From Chloroflexota bacterium (GTDB taxonomy: Bacteria; Chloroflexota; Chloroflexia; QHBQ01), in contig JAYUUN010000048.1 in the NCBI GenBank assembly GCA_043754535.1, positions 64,484 through 128,483 on the forward strand: 64,000 nt of DNA, read 5' to 3'. A program made the position numbers and the translations under genes. Each line of letters opens with the position of its first letter. The stretch's first letter is position 1. The notes under the pieces are model-generated. The model did no database searches and was not told where the DNA came from. It saw only the letters and a program-made list of their open reading frames with translations. Of this stretch, positions 19,404 to 28,051 are shown one piece after another.

Positions 19404-21581
19404 ATGAAGCGACTGTTCACCATAGCACTAATTAGCCTCCTGCTGATCGGGACTGGTCTGCTGATTTCTGGCACTACTGGGCCGCATGCGAAGGCTCAGA
19501 ACCAGCCGCTAGCTACTGTCACGCCGCAGGGCAACGCTCCCGAAGCAACCGTTACCCCCTTTGACTGCAACGCGAGCGTTGTGGGCGATGACCTCTATGA
19601 GGATGATGACGGCTATATCCAGGCCTTCCAGCGGGGCTTGTTCCTCAACGTAGGCGCACCCCAATCACACACCTTCTGCCCCTTCGGCGATCAGGACTGG
19701 ACCCAAATCACCCTCGACCCCTATACGATTTACCAAATCCAGACCCAGAACATTGGCCCCTCGGTAAGCACCACCCTGGAGATTTTCGCCACCAGCAACC
19801 CAACGGTGCGGGTCGCTCGCGGTGATGCCACCGCAGGCGGGGCTAGCATCATCACTACTACTGATCAGCTTACTACCTTCTACGTGCGCGTAGCCGATGC
19901 AGCAGGCAGGGGCGGCAGTCCAGACGCTTACCGCTACAATCTCTCCCTGCTCGTGATTGGCACCACCACCCCCGTGCCTACGCCGACCGTCACGACCACG
20001 CCGACCGCCAGTGCCACCTCAACCGCCATCCCTAGCGTCACCCCTACTGGTACTACAGTGCCGCTCTGCGTTGACCAGTATGAGCCAGACAACTCGCGGG
20101 TAGACGCTAAACCGATCCGCCTCGGCGAGTCGCAGCGGCACGCCTTCTGCCCAGCAGAAGACCGCCAGGACTGGGTCCGCTTCCAGGGAACTACCGGTGA
20201 CGACTACATCTTCCAGACCAGCGACATCGGGGTAGGGGTCAGCGGCGAAATTACCGTGTTCGCACCCAACGGCGCGATTTTCCAGAGTACCACCTTCTCA
20301 GGCGGTGGCCTCGCCCAACGAGTGGAGTTCATCGCGCCCGCCACTGGCTTGTATTATGTGCAAATCTTCAACCGGGCTGAAGGTGGGCTCGGCAGCACCT
20401 ACACGATCAACTTCACCAGCCCTGGCTTTGTGCCTGGCACTACGCCGACGATTACCGTCACCCCCTCGGTGACAGCCACGCCGCTGCCTAGCGCGACCCC
20501 CTGCCTTGACGCTTACGAAGATGACGGCGTGCCAGAGAACGCCAAGCTGCTGCTGGTTAATAGCACCCAGGATCACCTGTTCTGCCCGTCCACTGATGCC
20601 GACTGGCTCTACTTCTACGCCCGACCCGGCAAGATTTACCGGGTGATCCTCCAGGCTCAAACCAACCCCGCCGGTCTTGACCCATACATCTACATCTTTG
20701 ATAATGACCGCCGCACGATCATCGCCCAGAGTGACGACTTTAACGGTTCACTGTTCTCTGGTCTCGACTTCCTGCCGCCGCGTGATACCACCTACTATCT
20801 GCAAATCAAGAACTATGGCGACGTAGGAGGCAGTGCCATTGCCTACCGGGTATCGCTGATCGTGGCCCCAGTCGGCGCAACCCCACCCGGCTTCATGCAG
20901 ACAGCGACGGCCCAGGCTGGCGGCGCAGCTCCCACCTTCACCGCCCAAGCCCTGGGGCCAACCTTCACCCAGCCCCCCGCTAATCTAGCTACGCTGACTG
21001 CGAGCGCGACTACCAGCCTGACTCCCCTGGCGACAGTGACAGCGACCTTGACCATCAACGGGGCGCAGCAGACCGCGACGGCTGCTGCTCTGCTCACCCT
21101 GACCGCGACTGTTACCGCCAGCCCGACCATAACCGCAACCCGTCCTCCTGCCAACGTGCCACCGCTTGAGGTGTCGGTGATCGCGGCCCTGACCGAGCAG
21201 CCGTTGCCGACCGAACCACCACTGCCACCGCTACCCAACACTGGCAAGAACCTTGCTCAAGCTGACATGGTAGTGCAAGTTTACGTAGACCGCAATGGCA
21301 ACGGCCAGCCCGATCCTGGTGAGGGGCTGCGCGGTCTCAGCATCCTCTACTACGACCAGGAGGGTAAGCTGGACGCACAGAGCGCAACTGACCGCCAGGG
21401 CTATAGCAGCAGTGCGCTGTTCCCCCAGGCTGCCCACCAGGTGACAATCCCCTACCTCGGCATTGTGCGCTGGGTCTTCCAGAACGTGCAGCCACGCCTC
21501 GCCAGCAAGGGCGAACAGGCACGCGCTGTAGAGTGGAGCATAGGGCTGCCTGCGCCCATCCTCCCCCAGCGCATCCCTTAG
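19404..21581 (+). CDS. secreted protein with three pre-peptidase-C-terminal-like (PPC) repeats, Thr/Pro/Ala linkers, an internal LPNTG and a C-terminal beta-sandwich (SdrD-B/CarboxypepD_reg-like) domain
   Basis: Signal peptide MKRLFTIALISLLLIGTGLLISG. The pattern C..D.YE.D...A....G..Q.H.FCP..D.DW is repeated three times. LPNTG lies at 21231-21245. Confidence 0.65.
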   Translation: MKRLFTIALISLLLIGTGLLISGTTGPHAKAQNQPLATVTPQGNAPEATVTPFDCNASVVGDDLYEDDDGYIQAFQRGLFLNVGAPQSHTFCPFGDQDWTQITLDPYTIYQIQTQNIGPSVSTTLEIFATSNPTVRVARGDATAGGASIITTTDQLTTFYVRVADAAGRGGSPDAYRYNLSLLVIGTTTPVPTPTVTTTPTASATSTAIPSVTPTGTTVPLCVDQYEPDNSRVDAKPIRLGESQRHAFCPAEDRQDWVRFQGTTGDDYIFQTSDIGVGVSGEITVFAPNGAIFQSTTFSGGGLAQRVEFIAPATGLYYVQIFNRAEGGLGSTYTINFTSPGFVPGTTPTITVTPSVTATPLPSATPCLDAYEDDGVPENAKLLLVNSTQDHLFCPSTDADWLYFYARPGKIYRVILQAQTNPAGLDPYIYIFDNDRRTIIAQSDDFNGSLFSGLDFLPPRDTTYYLQIKNYGDVGGSAIAYRVSLIVAPVGATPPGFMQTATAQAGGAAPTFTAQALGPTFTQPPANLATLTASATTSLTPLATVTATLTINGAQQTATAAALLTLTATVTASPTITATRPPANVPPLEVSVIAALTEQPLPTEPPLPPLPNTGKNLAQADMVVQVYVDRNGNGQPDPGEGLRGLSILYYDQEGKLDAQSATDRQGYSSSALFPQAAHQVTIPYLGIVRWVFQNVQPRLASKGEQARAVEWSIGLPAPILPQRIP

Positions 21582-21635
21582 AAGCCCACGCTGACCCCTC
21601 TTACGGGGTGGCAGGATCAACAGAAAGGAGCAATC

Positions 21636-22490
21636 TTGAGCCACGATTCGCATGGCGCACCCGCCGAGGAGGCAACGGTCGAGCAGCCGATGGTACTGGC
21701 CCCCGCCCGCAACTACATAGCACCGCTGCTACTTACTGTGCTGGTAGCAGCCCTGGTCATCTACCTGATGGCGATCAGCCCACCCACACTACACAAGGCG
21801 GAGGAGCCACACACAGAAGGCACCAACCCTACAGTAGTCATCGCCGCCAGCCCAACAACGCTGGCGGTTCTCATTCCCCCCACCACTACAGCCACTGCCC
21901 CCACTGCCACTGCCTCAACGACCGTTGCACTAACCGCCGCGCTGACCGCCGCCAGCGAACCGCCAACCGCCATTAGGCTGGCAACCACTGTGGCGCAAGC
22001 AGCCACCACCGAAGAAGCCACTGCCAGCAGCGTGCCACCCACCACCACTGCTAACCCACAGCCAACTGCCAGCAGCAATCTAGCCAGCAGCCCAGCGGCC
22101 ATCTATGCGGCGGTGCTAGCTCCGAAAGCGGTCGCAGTGGGCGGGCGACGCTTCCCAGTCGCGGCCAGCGTCTATCTTGCCGAGTGGCAGCCGGGTGGCG
22201 AGGTAAACGAGGCAGTCTGGGCGCAACGCTCGGTCGCCCCCTACGTGCTGGGCATCCCCTACAGCCCAGGCAACGCTGCTGTCTTCAACACAGCAAAAGT
22301 AGGCGACAGCATCAGCCTGCGGACGAGCGACGATGCGCTAGCCCTCTACCAACTCAGCGAGAGCAGGCGGGTGCCAACCAACGACCTCAGTGCGTTGCAG
22401 GAGACCGCTCCTGGCCTCGTGCTGCTGCTGATCGGTGACCCAGCAAGCGACCGCCTTATGCTGCGCGCTCTGCCAATCAGCGGGCAGTAG
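21636..22490 (+). CDS. membrane-anchored protein with a Thr/Ala/Pro linker and a C-terminal sortase-like domain lacking the catalytic His and Cys
   Basis: TTG start with AGGAG 5 nt upstream and one TM helix. The C-terminus PGNAAVFNTAKVGDSISLRTSDDALALYQL...GLVLLLIGDPASDRLMLRA parallels the sortase pattern GH..AVF..L..L..GD.I.L....Y.V...LTLITC.P....R.vv.A. Confidence 0.45.
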   Translation: MSHDSHGAPAEEATVEQPMVLAPARNYIAPLLLTVLVAALVIYLMAISPPTLHKAEEPHTEGTNPTVVIAASPTTLAVLIPPTTTATAPTATASTTVALTAALTAASEPPTAIRLATTVAQAATTEEATASSVPPTTTANPQPTASSNLASSPAAIYAAVLAPKAVAVGGRRFPVAASVYLAEWQPGGEVNEAVWAQRSVAPYVLGIPYSPGNAAVFNTAKVGDSISLRTSDDALALYQLSESRRVPTNDLSALQETAPGLVLLLIGDPASDRLMLRALPISGQ

Positions 22491-22534
22491 AGGCCGCCAG
22501 CTACGCTGAAAGACCGATCTTGGAGCCAAAACCT

Positions 22535-22564
22535 TTGACAGCCGGGGCTGAAGTGGGTTATAAT
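22535..22564 (+). promoter_or_regulatory. sigma-70-type promoter for the tRNA cluster (TTGACA-N18-TATAAT)
   Basis: Consensus hexamers. The -10 element ends 10 nt before the tRNA-Gln 5' end. Confidence 0.6.
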
Positions 22565-22574
22565 ACGCACGCGA

Positions 22575-22648
22575 TGGGCTATCGTCTAACGGCAGGACGG
22601 CTGATTCTGGATCAGTAAGTTGGGGTTCGAATCCCTGTAGCCCAGCCA
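22575..22648 (+). tRNA. tRNA-Gln (anticodon CTG), CCA encoded
   Basis: Cloverleaf folded by hand: acceptor TGGGCTA/TAGCCCA, anticodon arm GCTGA-TTCTGGA-TCAGT, T-loop TTCGAAT, 3' GCCA. Confidence 0.9.
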
Positions 22649-22702
22649 ATCCATACGCTTCCAGCTTCCCTGCGGGGAAGGGTCGGGGCCAGAGCCGCAC
22701 AT

Positions 22703-22776
22703 TCGGGTATCGTCTAACGGCAGGACGGCTGACTTTGGATCAGTAAGTTGGGGTTCGAATCCCTGTACCCGAGCCA
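22703..22776 (+). tRNA. tRNA-Gln (anticodon TTG), CCA encoded
   Basis: Acceptor TCGGGTA/TACCCGA and anticodon loop CTTTGGA. The body is nearly identical to the preceding tRNA-Gln. Confidence 0.9.
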
Positions 22777-22779
22777 CCC

Positions 22780-22808
22780 TTGCACTGGCAGGCGTTTTCT
22801 TGTATAAT
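22780..22808 (+). promoter_or_regulatory. sigma-70-type promoter candidate directly upstream of rnpB (TTGCAC-N17-TATAAT)
   Basis: Hexamers at 22780-22785 and 22803-22808, starting 4 nt after the second tRNA-Gln. Confidence 0.5.
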
Positions 22809-22842
22809 TGCAACGCACAAGCACGTACCGTCGCAAGGCGGC

Positions 22843-23213
22843 ATGGTGGGGAGCAGGATGACTGCTGGTCGCGAGACTAGAGGAAAGTCCGGGCTACACA
22901 GAGCAGGGTGCCTGGTGAAGAACCAGGGCAGCGGTGGGCAACTGCCGTTGACAGTCCAAATTGGCGTTCAGCCGCGAGGTTGGGCGAGAGCAACAGAGAC
23001 AACCGCCATTAGCCTGGTGCGAACTGGACTGGTGGAGTGAAAAGGGTAATCCTCCCTGTAGCAATCTCCGAGACGACCGCAAAAGTCGGTGGCTCGCCGA
23101 GTCGGTCGAAAGTCGAGAGCAGCCCTGGAAGCGATGAAGGGGCTGACCCGCCTGCAACGGGTCAAGATAGATGGTCATCTAGAACAAAATCCGGCTTACT
23201 CGCTCTCTATCAT
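22843..23213 (+). ncRNA. rnpB: RNase P RNA, bacterial type A
   Basis: Universal P4 strands GAGGAAAGTCCGGGC (22880-22894) and AAAATCCGGCTTAC near the 3' end. A 12-bp P1 helix pairs 22843-22854 with 23202-23213. Length is about 371 nt. Confidence 0.9.
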
Positions 23214-23252
23214 CGGTGCTAAGTATCGTTGGCAGGTCGCAAGGCTCAATAT

Positions 23253-23325
23253 GGTGGTCGTAGCTCAATGGCAGAGCACCTGATTGTGGATCAGGACGTT
23301 GCGGGTTCGAGCCCCGTCGATCACC
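23253..23325 (+). tRNA. tRNA-His (anticodon GTG) with a genome-encoded G-1; CCA not encoded
   Basis: G-1 pairs with C73. Acceptor GTGGTCG/CGATCAC, anticodon loop TTGTGGA, T-loop TTCGAGC. Confidence 0.9.
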
Positions 23326-23330
23326 CCCTT

Positions 23331-23367
23331 GGGGCGGCAGCTTAACTAGCTGCTGCCCCTTCTTTCT
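23331..23367 (+). terminator. rho-independent terminator after the tRNA/rnpB cluster
   Basis: GGGGCGGCAGC-ttaacta-GCTGCTGCCCC (one G-U pair) followed by TTCTTTCT. Confidence 0.7.
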
Positions 23368-23381
23368 GTCCGCCCGGCATA

Positions 23382-23404
23382 CAAAAAGGACGCTAAATGC
23401 GTCC
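23382..23404 (-). terminator. weak rho-independent terminator candidate after the TPR gene
   Basis: Minus-strand GGACGC-attta-GCGTCC followed by TTTTT. Confidence 0.4.
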
Positions 23405-23428
23405 TTTCGTTGTCTGCTCATGCTGTGG

Positions 23429-24172
23429 CTAAACTGGGAAGTGCATCAGGGCAAGGCTGCGGTAGCTATCGGCCTTGTCGGGGCGCAGGCTAAGGATGCG
23501 GGCGCGCTCCAGCGGTGGCACATTGAAGCCAGCAGCAGCGAACAGTGGAGCCGGGCGCAACTCGCCTGGGCTGCTGACGCTTAGGCGCGAGCGGATCAGC
23601 GATCGGTTGATGTAAGCGACCGCACACTCTGGGTCGAGGCGGACTGCCTGATCATAGTCGCTCATAGCCTTGCTACTCTGGCCCATACTGTGGTAGAGGT
23701 CAGCACGGTTGACGTAGGCCGCAACCAAGCGACGGTCGAGCGCAATCGCCTGCTCGTAGTCGGCCATCGCCATCTCTGGCTGACGCAGCAGGGCGTAGAT
23801 GTAGCCCCGATTGTTGTAGGCGGTAGCATAATCTGGCTCAATCGAAATGGCAGTGCTAAAGTCTGCGAAGGCGTAGTCGAGGTCGCAACGCGCCTCCTGG
23901 GCGATGCCACGCTTGTTGTAGGGTAGGGCAGTGTTGGGGGCAAGGCCAACCATGCGGTCGCAGTCGGCCAGCGTGTAGGCGTATTGGCCGAGCAGGTAGT
24001 GGCAATCTGCCCGCTGATCATAATAGTCAAGCGCGCAGGGGTTGGCACTAAGAGCGCGTGTGTAGCAGTAGATCGCCTGCTCATAGTCGTCCACACGCAT
24101 AGCAGCTTCGGCTTTGGCCTGCCAGCTCTCGGCCTGGCTAGTGAACATCTTAACTGTATCCATGCAGACCAT
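23429..24172 (-). CDS. tetratricopeptide (TPR) repeat protein
   Basis: About 5 consecutive 34-aa TPR-like units (YEQAIYCYTRALSANP, AFADFSTAISIEPDYATAYNNRG, AMADYEQAIALDRRLVAAYVNRA, AMSDYDQAVRLDPECAVAYINRS). Confidence 0.8.
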   Translation of the reverse strand: MVCMDTVKMFTSQAESWQAKAEAAMRVDDYEQAIYCYTRALSANPCALDYYDQRADCHYLLGQYAYTLADCDRMVGLAPNTALPYNKRGIAQEARCDLDYAFADFSTAISIEPDYATAYNNRGYIYALLRQPEMAMADYEQAIALDRRLVAAYVNRADLYHSMGQSSKAMSDYDQAVRLDPECAVAYINRSLIRSRLSVSSPGELRPAPLFAAAGFNVPPLERARILSLRPDKADSYRSLALMHFPV

Positions 24173-24468
24173 TGGCGCAACCCCATCGTTAACATTATTG
24201 TTGTAGCTTCGTTGTTAGCTCCCACCTGGATGCTTATATCATAACACAGAAAGGGCGATTTGTGTGTAAACTTTTTGACATATATCTAACTTTCCGCTGT
24301 CTTCAACGTTTATTGGGTGATCCAGATAGGGCGCAACCTGTTTGGTTGGTAACTCGATTATAGCACGATTCGTACCACCTTGTCTAGTAAGCGGAGAGAC
24401 AAAGATGCGCGCGAGCAGCGTACCCGAAGTACCCACGAACGTGCTATAATGCGCCAGAGGAGGTGAGC

Positions 24469-24732
24469 ATGACCGACAAAGAGCGTTACCAGCTTATGGT
24501 GGGTGACGAGCAGTATACGGTGGAACGCTGGCCTGCGGAGAACTTTCGTGGCTGGCACGTCCAGATTAGCGGTGGCAGCCTGGCTCTGCCTATCGAGAGC
24601 CTGGTAGACAATCCCAGCCTGGTTGAGGATTATGGCTTCCAGATGGTCAGCACCGTAGCGGTAGGCGATAGCGACTTGTGGAGCGAAGTGGTAGCCGATT
24701 TGCTGCATGACCGCAGCCTCGGCCTCAAATAA
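24469..24732 (+). CDS. hypothetical small protein (87 aa)
   Basis: ATG with GAGGAGG 6 nt upstream. TATAAT at 24445-24450 suggests a short leader. No family was recognised. Confidence 0.45.
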   Translation: MTDKERYQLMVGDEQYTVERWPAENFRGWHVQISGGSLALPIESLVDNPSLVEDYGFQMVSTVAVGDSDLWSEVVADLLHDRSLGLK

Positions 24733-24742
24733 GGAGGAACAA

Positions 24743-25444
24743 GTGCAGATCAATTTCTACCTGCCCAGGCGGGCAATAGTTGGCGGGCTAGCGGTGCTGA
24801 TGCTAGCCTTGATGCTGGTCGGGGGCGGCAGCACTCTGGCCCAGAACAACAGCCGCACCTTCCCAGAGACGGGCAAGACGGTCAGTGGCCGCTTCCTGCA
24901 ATACTGGAGCGAGAACGGCGGCCTGCGTCAGCAGGGCTATCCGATCAGCGACCCGATCACCGAGGTCTCCGACCTGAATGGACAGTCTTATACAGTGCAA
25001 TACTTTGAGCGCGCCGAGTTCGAGGCCCACCCGGAGAATGCAACCCCTAACGACGTACTCCTCAGCCAGCTTGGTACCTTCCGCTATCGGGCGAAGTACA
25101 GCGGTGGCGGGCAGCCTCAGCCCACTGCCCCCGCAACTGCCACCACCAACACCTTGACGGTCAGCCTGGTGATCGCCTACAGCAACGTCTCACGGGGTGA
25201 CCAGCAGGAGATGACGGTCAACACTACGCCGGGGGCAAAGGTCGAAGTAAGCTGCTCCTACACTGGTGGCAGGCTGGCAACGGGCTGCATCAACCGCAGT
25301 GGTGGCTTTGCCAACGCCAATGGCAACTATGATATCAACTGGACGATTGAGGCGGACGCGCCGCTCGGCCCGGTGATCGTGGACATCCTGGTGTCTAAGG
25401 ACGGCAAAACGGCAGGCGCACGCGGCAAGTTCGCCGTCCGCTAA
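24743..25444 (+). CDS. secreted hypothetical protein (signal anchor, FLQYWSENGGLRQQGYPIS module, C-terminal Ig-like region)
   Basis: GTG start with AAGGAGG 5 nt upstream and a hydrophobic N-terminus ending in TLAQ. Confidence 0.55.
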   Translation: MQINFYLPRRAIVGGLAVLMLALMLVGGGSTLAQNNSRTFPETGKTVSGRFLQYWSENGGLRQQGYPISDPITEVSDLNGQSYTVQYFERAEFEAHPENATPNDVLLSQLGTFRYRAKYSGGGQPQPTAPATATTNTLTVSLVIAYSNVSRGDQQEMTVNTTPGAKVEVSCSYTGGRLATGCINRSGGFANANGNYDINWTIEADAPLGPVIVDILVSKDGKTAGARGKFAVR

Positions 25445-25550
25445 CCGCCAGCGCACTAGCCCCTCTTGCCGCTCAAGGGGGGCTTTTGCCGCCTGTACAG
25501 TAGCTTGCCTCTGCTGGTACAATAAGGCAGCAACAGGAGGGTTGGCGCAG

Positions 25551-26825
25551 ATGAGCGTAGCGGCAGATGAGGATGCAGGGCTGAGGGTGAGCGAGCAGCT
25601 AAAGGATGAGGCGAAGGAGTTGCCGCCGCTACAGTCCTGGCAGTTGGTGGCAGCCCTGTTCTTGTTCGTTTCCTTCGTCGAGGCGTTCGTAGTCAGCCAC
25701 ATGGTTAGCTCGTTCCTGCCGCTCTACCTGGAGCAGTTGGGGGTAGCACGGGCAGACGTGCCGCGCTACACCGGCTTTGTCACTCCGCTCGTGTTCATCG
25801 TCGGGCTGCCGCTGATCCCCTTCTGGAGCGTCTGGGCCGACCGCTTCAGCCGCAAGCTGGTGATCGCCCGCAGCGCGTATGTTGAGGCGTTGGTATTCCT
25901 TTGCATCGCCAGCAGCCAGAATGTCTGGCAACTGGCGATCAGCATCTCCCTCAGTGGGCTGCAACTGGGTAACAGTGGGGTAATGCTGGCTGCACTGCGT
26001 TCGGTGACACCAAAGGCGCGCGTGGGCTTTGCCCTATCGGTGCTGGGGCTGGCGGGGCCACTCGGCTTCGCGGTTGGCCCTGCCCTCGGTGGCCTGCTCC
26101 TCAGCACCAAGCTGCTAGACTACCGTGGCCTCTACCTGCTCGACGCAGCCCTGTCGCTGCTGGCGGGCGTAGTGGTCAGCCTCGGCTTCCGCGAGAGGCG
26201 GCGGCTAGTCAAGGCAGAAGGGCGCATCCTCGGCGAGGCCTGGGCGGCCCTAAAGAGCATCGTCACCTTGCGCTTCACCCTGATCATCTTCGCCATCTTC
26301 AGCCTGCTCAACTTCGCACAGATCACGGCGCGGGCCTACCTGCCCCTGCTGGTGCAGCGCGCCAACCCCGACCCGGCTAACGAGGCCAGTGCTATTGGCT
26401 TCGTCGTCGGCACCGCTGCGCTAGTGGGCGTGCTGTTCACTCCACTAACCGGCTGGCTGGGTGATCGCCTCGGCTATCGGCCCGTACTGGGGGCTTCGCT
26501 GGCCCTGGTTGCGCTCTCTATTGCGCTGCTGCCCTTTGCACCCACCCTATGGCTGCTAGCGGGCTGCTCTGTCCTCTTTGGCGCAGCTGGCAGCACGGCA
26601 GCTAGCATGGTCTACGCTCTGCTAGCGACCGAAACCCCAGAGGAACGCCGCTCCTCGACCCTCAACCTCGTCTACGTGCCGGTCTACATTGGCGGCATCG
26701 TCGGGCCAATCCTGGCAGCAACCATGGTCGGCTTCGGCCTGACCGCCGTGCTGCTGCTTTGCGCGGCAGGTGCGGCAGCCACCCTCCTGCTCTGGGCGCG
26801 CATCCGACAGAAGCTGGCAGCTTAG
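25551..26825 (+). CDS. MFS transporter (12-TM type)
   Basis: Multiple TM helices and an MFS-like loop motif (WSVWADRFSRK). The ATG is 10 nt after AGGAGG. Confidence 0.8.
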   Translation: MSVAADEDAGLRVSEQLKDEAKELPPLQSWQLVAALFLFVSFVEAFVVSHMVSSFLPLYLEQLGVARADVPRYTGFVTPLVFIVGLPLIPFWSVWADRFSRKLVIARSAYVEALVFLCIASSQNVWQLAISISLSGLQLGNSGVMLAALRSVTPKARVGFALSVLGLAGPLGFAVGPALGGLLLSTKLLDYRGLYLLDAALSLLAGVVVSLGFRERRRLVKAEGRILGEAWAALKSIVTLRFTLIIFAIFSLLNFAQITARAYLPLLVQRANPDPANEASAIGFVVGTAALVGVLFTPLTGWLGDRLGYRPVLGASLALVALSIALLPFAPTLWLLAGCSVLFGAAGSTAASMVYALLATETPEERRSSTLNLVYVPVYIGGIVGPILAATMVGFGLTAVLLLCAAGAAATLLLWARIRQKLAA

Positions 26826-28051
26826 GGCAGTATGCCCGCTGAGCCTTCAGCCGCCGCTTTTTCCTCTACGCAGATGTACATCATTGGCTGGTTGCCGACG
26901 CGGATGAGGATGATAGTGCGGCTGTGCGGGCCAGAGAGCTTCAGCCGCTTGCGGAGGTCGTCGGGGTCTATGTCCAGGCCGCGCTTCTTAATCTCGGCAA
27001 CACCCACGTGCAGTTCGCGCAATCTGGCGGTCAGCCGCTTGAGGCTGTAGGGGGCTGCCTCCTCTACGTAGAAGGCGCGCACTCCCACTAGCAAGTGGTC
27101 GCCACTGAGGTAGGCGATCAGCGGCTCAAGCTGCCAAAGGCCATGCTGGTGGGCGTAGTGGCGGACGAGGCCAGCACGGATGATTGCCCCATCTGGCTCG
27201 TACAGGTAACGACCAACTGGCCCTACTGGGCAGTCGGGGGGCGCATCTGCATCGGTGAAGGAGACGGACGTTTGCAGGCAGAGGTTGGGGCTGGCAGTGA
27301 GGGTGGTAGCCCGGCGGCGCACCCCAGTGGTTGCCAAACCCCCTGTCCACAGCACCGCTTCCTTCACCTCACCGTTGAGTGAGACGATCTCTACTTCGTC
27401 CACCCAGGCAAGCTGCTCGTAGTCGATCCCCGGTGCGACCTTCAGCCCCATCGCTACCCCACGATATGTGGATAGGAGAGTGGCGAGGGGTGGGTTGTAG
27501 TCGCTGGGGACAAAGATGCGCCGCGCACCGCTACGCCTGCCAGGGTCAGCAAAAATCGCGTCCAACCCAGCCAGCTTGAGCGGCAGCCGCAGCGCATCGG
27601 CCTGGATCAGACGAGCAGCCAGACCGTAGGCGGCCAGGTTGTGGCGGGCAAGTCGCAGGCGGGTGTGGTCAAGATCGCAGGCGTAGAGTATAGCAGCCTG
27701 CGCCCCGATACCCAGGCTGTCGCCACCGATGCCGCAGGTGAGGTCGGCTACCCGCAGGCCAGCAAAGCGGCTGGCCCGATGCTGGCCCACCACTTCGCTG
27801 GTCGCCTGTTGCAAAGCTGCGTCGCTAAAGAGCATCTGAGCGGCCCGACTGAACTTTGCAGTGGCCCGGCGGCGCAAACTGGCCTGCTCCAACACCGCAG
27901 CCGCAAGGTTGGCAGGCAGACCAACCCGCAACTTCGCCAGGTCAGACAGACGGCTGGCAGCGGTCAGGGGCAGGCGTTCAGCCGTCGCCAGCCAGCCCTG
28001 CCCCTCGCTACCAAGTAGGAAAGCGACTGCTGCTGCGTCAGGTTCGTACAT
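26822..28051 (-). CDS. class I SAM-dependent methyltransferase with a THUMP-like C-terminal domain
   Basis: SAM motif I VADLTCGIGGDSLG and C-terminal LKRLTARLRELHVGVAEIKKRGLDIDPDDLRKRLKLSG. The start overlaps the upstream gene's stop by 1 nt. Confidence 0.7.
   Translation of the reverse strand: MYEPDAAAVAFLLGSEGQGWLATAERLPLTAASRLSDLAKLRVGLPANLAAAVLEQASLRRRATAKFSRAAQMLFSDAALQQATSEVVGQHRASRFAGLRVADLTCGIGGDSLGIGAQAAILYACDLDHTRLRLARHNLAAYGLAARLIQADALRLPLKLAGLDAIFADPGRRSGARRIFVPSDYNPPLATLLSTYRGVAMGLKVAPGIDYEQLAWVDEVEIVSLNGEVKEAVLWTGGLATTGVRRRATTLTASPNLCLQTSVSFTDADAPPDCPVGPVGRYLYEPDGAIIRAGLVRHYAHQHGLWQLEPLIAYLSGDHLLVGVRAFYVEEAAPYSLKRLTARLRELHVGVAEIKKRGLDIDPDDLRKRLKLSGPHSRTIILIRVGNQPMMYICVEEKAAAEGSAGILP

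Noticed and set aside
21231-21245. LPNTG read as a canonical sortase cell-wall sorting signal.
   Set aside because: It is followed by about 110 residues of apparently folded domain, not by a hydrophobic segment plus basic tail at the C-terminus. I kept it only as context for the sortase-like neighbour.
23253-24172. tRNA-His as a possible genomic-island integration site.
   Set aside because: There is no integrase, no direct repeat of the tRNA 3' end and no compositional shift downstream. The next genes are ordinary chromosomal genes.
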